A stretch of DNA of 34,444 bases from positions 1 to 34,444 of the forward strand of contig JBDKRC010000350.1 of NCBI GenBank assembly GCA_039683575.1. Direction: 5' to 3'. Positions 1 to 6,759 of the stretch are shown here, piece after piece (the stretch's first letter is position 1; each line of letters opens with the position of its first letter). The notes under the pieces are model-generated. The model saw only the letters and a list, made by a program, of their open reading frames with translations, was not told the origin of the DNA and did no database searches. This DNA comes from Armatimonadia bacterium (GTDB taxonomy: Bacteria > Armatimonadota > Zipacnadia > Zipacnadales > UBA11051). The position numbers were made by a program, and so were the translations under genes.

Positions 1-155
1 TGGTCGAACCCGTGGTCGAACCCGTGGTCGAACCCGTGGTCGAACCCGTGGTCGAACCCGTGGTCGAACCCGTGGTCGAACCCGTGGTCGAACCCGTGGT
101 CGAACCCGTGGTCGAACCCGTGGTTGAGCCCGTGGTTGAGCCCGTGGTTGAGCCC
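1..155 (+). repeat. 12-bp coding tandem repeat (VVEP), at least 13 units
   Basis: One partial unit (1-11), nine GTGGTCGAACCC units (12-119), then three synonymous GTGGTTGAGCCC units (120-155). Confidence 0.97.
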
Positions 156-905
156 GTACCAGAGTCTTCCACGGCCACGGCCGTCCGCGAAGCTCTCGTC
201 GCCGCGGCGCCCAGCTTGCGCCCGATGGTGTGGGAACAGCCGGGGCAGCCGCTGTTTGCCGCTCTGCGGAGCGGTGCCGATGTGCCTGGCGCCACTATCC
301 GATCATGTGCCGAAGCAGCCGTCGCCGCCGCCGTCGCAGCTCGAGGCGGCGCCGTGGAGACCGTCGTAGCCATGGCTGACGACAGGATGTCCGGGCTAGC
401 CTCGCTGGCCGGCGCGACCGGTAGCGCATACCTGCTCGCCGACCTGCCGCAGGCCGGCAACCTCGGCACTGCCACGCTCGGCCTCAAGCAACTCCGCAGC
501 CTGCTCGGTAGCCTGCAACTGCCGGAAGCTCAGATACCGCCCGCCTCCCCGGCGCCCGCACAGGCCGCCCGGGAGGGGGACCTGCCTCCGGCGGCAGTGG
601 CTGCGCTGACCGCGGATACCCGCCTGCAAGCCTACTCTCGCGAGGGCCTCATCCTGGTATTGCCCGCTCAGGCTGATCCCGCGGTCGTGGCTGGCGCGGC
701 CGAGTCGCTGCTCAAAGCATGGCAGGCAGTCGATGCAGATACCAACCGCCTCCTGATCACAGGGCCTACCGGTGGATTGGTGATCGCCAAACTGGCACAA
801 GGTCTCATCGCCGCCATGGTGGCCGCTACCCCCGGTGAGATTGCCGCACACAACGTGCACGTTAAGAAGCTGTTATCGGCAATCGGCCCGGAGGCTGGCG
901 CATGA
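3..905 (+). CDS. 5'-truncated protein: (VVEP)n linker followed by two degenerate roadblock/LC7 (MglB-like) domains
   Basis: The frame is open from the window start, so the true start lies upstream. The C-terminal part has alpha/beta segments ending AGNLGTATLGLKQL and LLITGPTGGLVIAKLAQGLIAAMV, resembling roadblock domains (recognised by eye). Its stop overlaps the next ATG (ATGA at 902-905). Confidence 0.6.
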   Translation, partial: VEPVVEPVVEPVVEPVVEPVVEPVVEPVVEPVVEPVVEPVVEPVVEPVVEPVPESSTATAVREALVAAAPSLRPMVWEQPGQPLFAALRSGADVPGATIRSCAEAAVAAAVAARGGAVETVVAMADDRMSGLASLAGATGSAYLLADLPQAGNLGTATLGLKQLRSLLGSLQLPEAQIPPASPAPAQAAREGDLPPAAVAALTADTRLQAYSREGLILVLPAQADPAVVAGAAESLLKAWQAVDADTNRLLITGPTGGLVIAKLAQGLIAAMVAATPGEIAAHNVHVKKLLSAIGPEAGA

Positions 906-1705
906 CTTTGGGACGCCGCGAATCATGGCCCTCGCTCATAATCCTCGGCGTGGGCTTGCTCACGCTGGCGCTGGTGCTGAAAGCGAATCAGCAGGACCTG
1001 CCGCTGCAGCCACCATGGCTCATGGCCATTCCCGTGGTGCTCTACGTGCTTGTGCAGGCAATCGCCCAGGGCCCCACCGTTGGTGCCTTGTTGGGCGTGG
1101 TAATCATGATTGTGGCACACCTGTTCCTGGCGCTGTTGATGGGGCTCGGCTACTCGGCAGTTGAGGGTCAGCCGCGGGCGGCATATGATGCGTTGCAGAG
1201 CGGTCTATGGGCTTACGTGCCGGGCACGGCGCTCCAATTTGCCTTCGCATGTCTCACCGGCGTAGTCTTCGCCGCCTGGCACACGAACCGTCCAGCGTCA
1301 GTGGTCCAGCCCCTGGAAGGGGCCCCGCAGCCGGTGCTGCTGCCGGATCTACAGCAGGCACCCACCGCGGCGGCAGCCGTTGCCACCGCTGCGGCGGTAC
1401 CGGGCGTGGGTGCGGCGTTGCTGGCCTCGGCCGACGTCGTGGCCGCCGGCGCGTGGGAGCGGGACCCCGGAGCCGCGCTGGCCCGCATACAATCCCTCGG
1501 CAGCCGCACCGGTCATGGACTGAACTCGGTCTCACTTGATCGTGTCTCCTTACTCGTCCGCTCGGAGCCAGGCAGGCTCGCGGCGCTCCTGGTTGGTAGC
1601 GAGTTGAGCCGCCCTGCAGGGAACGATCTGCTCCGCGATCACTGGGCTGCGGCAGAGCGGCTGCCCGAGCAGGGAACGGCCGAACAAGGAGGGGCCGAGC
1701 TTTAG
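902..1705 (+). CDS. Membrane protein (about 4 TM helices) with a C-terminal roadblock-like domain
   Basis: Four hydrophobic stretches in residues ~10-126. The C-terminal AVPGVGAALLASAD resembles the roadblock N-terminal pattern (xPGVxxAxxxxxDG). Translationally coupled to the upstream ORF. Confidence 0.65.
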   Translation: MTLGRRESWPSLIILGVGLLTLALVLKANQQDLPLQPPWLMAIPVVLYVLVQAIAQGPTVGALLGVVIMIVAHLFLALLMGLGYSAVEGQPRAAYDALQSGLWAYVPGTALQFAFACLTGVVFAAWHTNRPASVVQPLEGAPQPVLLPDLQQAPTAAAAVATAAAVPGVGAALLASADVVAAGAWERDPGAALARIQSLGSRTGHGLNSVSLDRVSLLVRSEPGRLAALLVGSELSRPAGNDLLRDHWAAAERLPEQGTAEQGGAEL

Positions 1706-1718
1706 CCGGCCCAAGGCG

Positions 1719-1895
1719 ATGAGCAAGCTACAACGCTGGTGGCAGCAGTGGCGCAGGCGTGCCAGGCAGCGCCTGCAGCAGATGAAGGCCCCGGGCAGGT
1801 TCCTGTGCGATAGCTGCCGGTATGACTACGGCAATTCCTGTCGCCGCCCCGGCCGCCCCAACGTTACGAATTGTCCCGACTATCGTAGAAGGTAA
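1719..1895 (+). CDS. Small (58 aa) basic Cys-rich putative metal-binding protein
   Basis: Own translation from ATG1719 to TAA1895: MSKLQRWWQQWRRRARQRLQQMKAPGRFLCDSCRYDYGNSCRRPGRPNVTNCPDYRRR. Has C-x2-C-x7-C-x10-C and fills the gap between 1705 and the rpe ATG at 1912. Confidence 0.75.
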   Translation: MSKLQRWWQQWRRRARQRLQQMKAPGRFLCDSCRYDYGNSCRRPGRPNVTNCPDYRRR

Positions 1896-1911
1896 CAACA
1901 CAAACAACGCT

Positions 1912-2580
1912 ATGCGCAATCTACTCATCTCTACCAGCATGCTGTCCGCCAATTTCACTGTCCTTGGCGAGGAAGTGAAGTCTCTCGAGGCTGCCGGCGC
2001 TGACTGGCTGCACTGGGACTGCATGGACGGGCATTTCACCGACCAGCTGACTCACGGGCCTCTCGTCCTCAAGGCCTTGCGGCCGCTGACTACCCTGTTC
2101 TTTGACGCCCACTTGATGCTCACCAATCCTGAGCCGCAAATACCGCTCTTCGTGGACGCCGGGGCAGACGGCATCTCCATCCACATCGAGACCACCGACG
2201 AGCCGGCGAGGCTGCTCGATGACATCCGGGCTCGCGGCTGCAAGTCCTGCCTGACCGTCAACCCACCGACGCCACTGGATGACATCGAGCGCTTGCTGCC
2301 GCACTCCGACGTCATCATGCTCATGGGAGTTATCCCGGGCTATGCGGGGCAGGCCTACCATCCCGAGACCACCGACCGCATCCGTCAGGTGCGCGCGCTG
2401 ATCGACAAAGCGGGACTGCCGACGATGATCGAGGTGGACGGGGGAGTGAATGGTACCACGGCGGACGAGGTGATCGGCGCTGGCGCTGATGTGCTGGTAT
2501 CGGCCAGCTTCGTGTTCAAGCACCCCGAAGGATACGGCGGGGCGATCCGGCGGCTGAGGGAGATTGCGGCGGGGCTGTAG
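1912..2580 (+). CDS. rpe: Ribulose-phosphate 3-epimerase
   Basis: Motifs SMLSANF, LHWDCMDGHF, DAHLM, MGVIPGYAGQ, IEVDGGVN. Start moved to ATG1912 because family homology begins there. Confidence 0.95.
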   Translation: MRNLLISTSMLSANFTVLGEEVKSLEAAGADWLHWDCMDGHFTDQLTHGPLVLKALRPLTTLFFDAHLMLTNPEPQIPLFVDAGADGISIHIETTDEPARLLDDIRARGCKSCLTVNPPTPLDDIERLLPHSDVIMLMGVIPGYAGQAYHPETTDRIRQVRALIDKAGLPTMIEVDGGVNGTTADEVIGAGADVLVSASFVFKHPEGYGGAIRRLREIAAGL

Positions 2581-2589
2581 TATTCCCTG

Positions 2590-2662
2590 CGCGTGGTAGG
2601 CATGCTCCGCATGCCGGACTAACCAAACGGGATTCCGGCATGCGGAGCATGCCTGCCACGCG
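2590..2662. repeat. Inverted REP doublet (REPIN-like)
   Basis: CGCGTGGTAGGCATGCTCCGCATGCCGGA (2590-2618) and its inverted copy (2634-2662), 28/29 identical. Each carries the hairpin GGCATGC-TCC-GCATGCC preceded by GTGG. Confidence 0.85.
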
Positions 2663-2679
2663 ATCCAAGCCCAAAAACA

Positions 2680-2713
2680 AAAGTGGGAGGGCTCCTCAGA
2701 GCCCTCCCACTTT
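2680..2713. terminator. Bidirectional intrinsic terminator between convergent rpe and oxidoreductase
   Basis: AAAGTGGGAGGGCTC-CTCA-GAGCCCTCCCACTTT, a perfect 15-bp stem with an A-run on the left and a T-rich run on the right. Confidence 0.85.
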
Positions 2714-2732
2714 CTCTATTGTCTTTGGAGCC

Positions 2733-3863
2733 CTACAGCAGTTCTTCCGGCTTCACATACAGCGGCGGAAGCGGGTTGGGCCGCACTAGCGCGCCACCAT
2801 TCTCGTAGGACTCGATGATCGCGAAGGTGTACTCGATCACCGCGAGAGCGTCCCGGCCCGAACCGCGCAGTTCGTGCTTCGGGACCTTGTTGGTGATGTC
2901 CTCGAGGAAGCCCGTGATGCGCCGGTTGAAGGTCTGGCCGAAGTCATGGGTCCCTGATTCGAAGATCTCCGGCGCGCCGGGCTCGCCAGGATTGATGAAG
3001 CCGGGCTTGCCGGGGCCGCGAGCCGCGTCCGGGGCGCTCCAGAAGGTCGTCCGCTCGATGCAGTTCTCGATACAGAACGTCCCCTTCGTCCCTGCCACCT
3101 CACAGCTCCACCAGCCGCCCAGGCCGTACGACGCATCCCCGCGCTGGCTGAGCAGATAGCCCACTGTGTCGTTAGCGAACTTCAGATGGATGCTCGCCGT
3201 TGAGAGCATCACATCGCCCACCGAGCGGCGGAAGCCCGGCCGGTTCAGGAACGCCTGCACATGCGTGACATCGCCGCAGAAGTGGCGCATGACGCTGAGC
3301 GGGTGAGTCAGGAACGCCTTGAGGTGGAAGTACGGGAAGTCCTTGATCTTGGGCGAAGTCGGGGCCGCCGCAGTCTCCGGCGCGCCGCCCTGGAAGCCCA
3401 TCTTGCACAGGCAGTAGACCAGTTCCCCAAGCTTCCCCTCGTTCTGGTACTGCTTGGCCTTCTCCGCCGTCGGGGTGAAGTAGTGGTTCAGGTCGCAGCC
3501 GAGGTAGACGTCCATAGCGGTGGCGACGTCCACCATCTCGCGCGCTTCTTCGATGTTGCTCGAGATGGGCTTTTCCACCAGCACGTGCTTGCCCGCTTCC
3601 ATCGCCTGCATGGCGGGCTCGTAGTGCCAGCCACCATTCTCCAACCCGCCCGTCGCACAGTCCACGACGTCCAGTTCCTCGTTGGCGAGCATGTCGTCGA
3701 GGCTGTAATACGCCTTGCACTTGAACTGCTCGGCAGCCTTGTCCGCGCGTTCCTTGACTGCATCGCAGATTGCGACGAGGTCAGCGAGGGGGCTGGCGAA
3801 ATGGGTGGGGGCATGTGAATAGCCAATGCCATTCATGCCGACAATTCCGACTTTGAGAGCCAT
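2733..3863 (-). CDS. Gfo/Idh/MocA family NAD(P)-dependent oxidoreductase
   Basis: Rossmann start KVGIVGMNGIG and the GKHVLVEKP motif. Start at ATG3863 with a GGAGA RBS; the 93-codon extension in the ORF track is not homologous. Confidence 0.92.
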   Translation of the reverse strand: MALKVGIVGMNGIGYSHAPTHFASPLADLVAICDAVKERADKAAEQFKCKAYYSLDDMLANEELDVVDCATGGLENGGWHYEPAMQAMEAGKHVLVEKPISSNIEEAREMVDVATAMDVYLGCDLNHYFTPTAEKAKQYQNEGKLGELVYCLCKMGFQGGAPETAAAPTSPKIKDFPYFHLKAFLTHPLSVMRHFCGDVTHVQAFLNRPGFRRSVGDVMLSTASIHLKFANDTVGYLLSQRGDASYGLGGWWSCEVAGTKGTFCIENCIERTTFWSAPDAARGPGKPGFINPGEPGAPEIFESGTHDFGQTFNRRITGFLEDITNKVPKHELRGSGRDALAVIEYTFAIIESYENGGALVRPNPLPPLYVKPEELL

Positions 3864-4130
3864 GGGATCATCTCCGTTAATGGTTGAGGCGTTGATCGCT
3901 AGTGAACGCTGAGACTGTGCTTGGTTCGCGCCCCGCGCGCCGAGTCCTTCTTTCGACAGCTGGAGGGGCTGAATGATCGCGCCGTTTGCGATCAGCCAGC
4001 CCGCGGGCCGGATGCAAGCCTGCGATCGGGCTGCAGTCTCGCCTTCGGCCCCTCCATGGATCGCGCCGTCTCCGACTACACGCTCGCGGGCCGAACCCCG
4101 AAAATGCGGCGGTAGACGCCAACAAAGGTA

Positions 4131-4160
4131 TTGACACCGCAAGGAAGCCTGATGTATAGT
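4131..4160 (+). promoter_or_regulatory. Sigma70-type promoter of the dcw operon
   Basis: TTGACA (4131-4136), 18-nt spacer, TATAGT (4155-4160), upstream of mraZ. Confidence 0.75.
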
Positions 4161-4170
4161 CAGGCGGCAA

Positions 4171-4195
4171 CGGGAGAAGTTGGGATTTTCTGGGC
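4171..4195 (+). promoter_or_regulatory. MraZ operator: three (T/C)GGG(A/C) boxes at 10-bp period
   Basis: CGGGA 4171, TGGGA 4181 and TGGGC 4191, just downstream of the -10 element. Matches the known TGGG[A/G] 10-bp-spaced MraZ binding repeats. Confidence 0.7.
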
Positions 4196-4228
4196 TATAA
4201 ACGGATCTATAACTCTCCTGCAGCCATC

Positions 4229-4702
4229 ATGCCTGAAACCATCGGTCCCGCAATCCAATCAGTTACAGATGGGCGCTTGACCTTCAAAAAAGCGCACCTG
4301 GAGTACCTTGGTAACCCCGAATGCGTGGACGTGACATTTGGCCCCGGTCGTAGCATCTTGATCCACAACCCGCAGCGGCGGCAGGAACTGCTCGACATGC
4401 TGCTGGCTGACGAGGAAGGGCTGCTTGACGAGGACCAGAACCAGATCGAGCTTCGGCTCGACAGTCTGGCCGACCCGGCGCCCGTCGATGAGCAGGGCCG
4501 GATGCGTATTCCGCCAGTATACCTCAATCGCCTGCGATTGCCAGAGAAAGGCGCAAAAGTTTATCTCGTGCCTCGGCGGCGCAACGGCTGGATCGAGGTA
4601 TGGAGCGAAGCGGAGTTTGACCGGATGATCGACGCGCCCGCGGATGTGTGGCAGGTAGCGCTGAACCGGTTGGTACTGCGACGGCGTGGCACGCAGGTGT
4701 AA
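4229..4702 (+). CDS. mraZ: MraZ family transcriptional regulator (divergent)
   Basis: First dcw gene, 157 aa. Second SpoVT/AbrB repeat VDEQGRMRIP and C-terminal IEVWS are present; the first repeat is degenerate (SVTDGRLTF). Confidence 0.8.
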   Translation: MPETIGPAIQSVTDGRLTFKKAHLEYLGNPECVDVTFGPGRSILIHNPQRRQELLDMLLADEEGLLDEDQNQIELRLDSLADPAPVDEQGRMRIPPVYLNRLRLPEKGAKVYLVPRRRNGWIEVWSEAEFDRMIDAPADVWQVALNRLVLRRRGTQV

Positions 4703-4717
4703 ACAAGACTTGATGGG

Positions 4718-5650
4718 ATGACAATGGTACAGCATCAGCCCTGCATGCTTGAAGAGACGTTGCAGTGGCTGGACCTGCAGCCGGGGCAGACAATCGTTGA
4801 CATGACAGTCGGGCTTGCAGGACATGGCCTGGCCATACTTGAGAAGATCGGGCCAGCCGGGCGGTACCTCGGACTGGAATGGGATCCGGAGACGCTGCAG
4901 CAGGCCCGCGAGAGACTTGGCGACGCGCCGAATGTGACCCTTTTCAACGAGAGTTTCACGGAACTGCCGGCCATCCTGACCGAAGCCGGCGTGGAGCAAG
5001 TCGATGGGGTGCTTCTGGACGCTGGAGTGAACCTCTGGCAACTCACGGCCCCGGAGCGGTCTCTGTCGCAGGACAGCGAAGAGGGCCTGGACATGAGGAT
5101 GCGGCGGGATCGGGGAGTGCCGGCGGGCGTGATTGTGAACGAGGCGAGTGAGGACGAGTTGCGCGGGGTGCTGCGGGCGACGCTGGAGGAGCGGGAGGCA
5201 CGGAAGATCGCGAGAGCGATTGTGCGGGCGAGAGAGCGAGAGCCGATCCAGACGACGCGACAGCTATCGTACGTGATCCTTGGCACACGGACGCCGGAGG
5301 CCAGGCGCAAAGGGCGGCAACCCGCACCCGCGCTGCTGGCGTTCCGGATCGCGGTCAACGCCGAGCTTGAGAACCTGGCCGAGGGGGTCAGGGTAGGGGC
5401 GCAGGCGTTGCGGCCGGGCGGCAGGCTCATAGTACTCACCTTCCATAGCGCCGAGTACCGGGTGGCGCGGGAAACGATGAGGGTCCTGGCCGGAAGGTGT
5501 ACCTGCCCACCGCGATTGCCGTGTGTATGCGGGGCGAAGGCGACGGTGAAGATACTCACACCGAAGCCACTGAAGCCCGAGGAAGCGAGTCTGAGGCGGA
5601 GCGGGCCACAATGCCGCAGTTGCCGTTTGCACGCAGCAGAGGCGATTTGA
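4718..5650 (+). CDS. rsmH: RsmH/MraW-family methyltransferase (16S m4C1402 family), strongly divergent
   Basis: Follows mraZ. Recognisable DMTVGLAGH, LDMRM, EEREARKIARAIV, RIAVNAEL, TFHS motifs and a CTCPPRLPCVC insert. Confidence 0.9.
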   Translation: MTMVQHQPCMLEETLQWLDLQPGQTIVDMTVGLAGHGLAILEKIGPAGRYLGLEWDPETLQQARERLGDAPNVTLFNESFTELPAILTEAGVEQVDGVLLDAGVNLWQLTAPERSLSQDSEEGLDMRMRRDRGVPAGVIVNEASEDELRGVLRATLEEREARKIARAIVRAREREPIQTTRQLSYVILGTRTPEARRKGRQPAPALLAFRIAVNAELENLAEGVRVGAQALRPGGRLIVLTFHSAEYRVARETMRVLAGRCTCPPRLPCVCGAKATVKILTPKPLKPEEASLRRSGPQCRSCRLHAAEAI

Positions 5651-5654
5651 CAGG

Positions 5655-6201
5655 TCTTTCGAGCTTTCTTAGCGCGTGGTGCGGGCTTCTCGCCCGCTCA
5701 ATGAGGCGGTACAAGCCGCTTTGTCCCGGCGGAAGATAACCGAAAGGTCACAGCTTAAGCCGAAGCACCAAACGCGGGCGAGACGCGCACATCACGCGGA
5801 GTAGAGAGTTTCTGGGGGGAAGGACAAACAGCGGGGGAGAGCACCTTCAGTTTTCCGGGCGCATACCTTGGCCGGAGGCGACCCGGAGTAGGGAAGGAGG
5901 GCAGATCAGGCAGAAGTCACGGTACACACACAACACACTACGGCAACAACCATCGCAGCCTACATCACAGCACTATACACCGCAACCTTCGTAGTCTTCA
6001 TCATAGCAAGTGCCGCCGCTACAGTCAACGCCAAGATCACAGCCCGTCGCGCCTCCGGGTGCGACAATCACACCAACATACCCAGCCTTGACCGCAGCAA
6101 CACTAGCAGCCAAACCGTGACCTGCTGACTGCCCTCCGTCGAATTCAACGGCCCGCTCCCATCTCAATGGTGGGGCGGGCCTGCCGCACTCAATACGCAG
6201 G
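5655..6201 (+). ncRNA. Putative large structured RNA / intercistronic element between rsmH and ftsL (unassigned family)
   Basis: Nested helices found by eye: 5688-5697/5774-5783 (perfect 10 bp), 5673-5681/5790-5798, 5661-5669/5803-5811, hairpins 5703-5722 and ACC-GAAA-GGT 5739-5748, 5854-5862/5878-5887, a ~24-bp helix 5896-5923/6114-6137, a cUCCGg hairpin 6046-6065, and 6151-6180. Mismatches are G-U on the + strand. Confidence 0.55.
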
Positions 6202-6216
6202 TGAGGGAGGGGCCCC

Positions 6217-6657
6217 ATGAACCGGAGCAATAGCCGTGCCAGGAGCATCCATCCCCCTGCCGCCACAAGGCGACCCGCCCCTGCACCGCGCCTATTCCCC
6301 AGACTGCTTCCCATCTTCATTCTCGGCGCCATGGCGATTCTGCACATCCTGTCACTGGCCAGGCTGTCAGAGCTCGAGTGCGAAAGCCGCCGGCTGGACC
6401 GCCTGATTCTGGAACAGAAGACTATGGAAGCCGAATTGCTGCGTGAGCACCGGGCGCTGGTGAGCAATGCCCGGCTTACTACCTACGCCCAGAGCAGGGG
6501 TATGGTCGCGCCGCAGAGTGTGAAGACGCTGCAGGTCGGGCTGCTGCCCAGCCCGCAGGTATACTGGCAGCTTCCAGAAGAGCCCGGGCGTGAGCGGCTG
6601 GGCGAGGGCCTACAGCTTGGTGCCCTCAGCGCTGCAGAGCCTCGAGAACTGCCTTAG
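6217..6657 (+). CDS. ftsL: Cell division protein FtsL-like
   Basis: Lies between rsmH and the PBP gene. Basic N-terminus, one TM helix, coiled coil, and an RLTTYAQSRGMVAP motif like FtsL's 'RIEKIAxxxLGM'. GAGGGAGG RBS. Confidence 0.75.
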   Translation: MNRSNSRARSIHPPAATRRPAPAPRLFPRLLPIFILGAMAILHILSLARLSELECESRRLDRLILEQKTMEAELLREHRALVSNARLTTYAQSRGMVAPQSVKTLQVGLLPSPQVYWQLPEEPGRERLGEGLQLGALSAAEPRELP

Positions 6658-6759
6658 CGGGGGGTAGTCTCAGCAAACCCATCTTCGTCAAGGAGCCACA
6701 TAACCATGCTTTGCGCCAGCAATGGTGTCGGTAACTACGGGCGGGTGGCTTGAGGAGGG

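Noticed and set aside
1822-1911. N-terminal extension of rpe
   Set aside because: It overlaps the more plausible Cys-rich ORF, and Rpe homology starts at 1912.
3864-4142. 93-aa N-terminal extension of the oxidoreductase
   Set aside because: Family homology and the RBS point to ATG3863; the extension starts on the complement of the dcw promoter.
5700-5770. Twister-like (GCGGTACAAGCCGC) and pistol-like (GCTTAAGCC) ribozyme fragments
   Set aside because: The loop is too short for twister P4, and I could not find the required pseudoknot partners for either ribozyme.
5655-5820. 6S RNA or actinobacterial mraW RNA motif
   Set aside because: The apical stem is too short and branched for 6S. The mraW motif is a hairpin upstream of mraW, whereas this element is downstream. 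Needs cmscan to exclude formally.
5922-5983. 16S rRNA mimicry near the RsmH target (GTACACAC at 5922, ACACCGC at 5977)
   Set aside because: Matches of 7-8 nt are expected by chance in an A/C-rich tract; not enough on its own.
5924-6113. DGR template repeat, or retron/DRT template RNA
   Set aside because: No reverse transcriptase in the window and no variable repeat differing only at adenines. The faint similarity of FVVFIIASAAATVN to MraY FVLFVIVGGANAVN involves non-A mismatches and is probably hydrophobic-helix coincidence.
5973-6467. 164-aa minus-strand ORF over the spacer and ftsL
   Set aside because: Antisense to ftsL, with no recognisable protein features.
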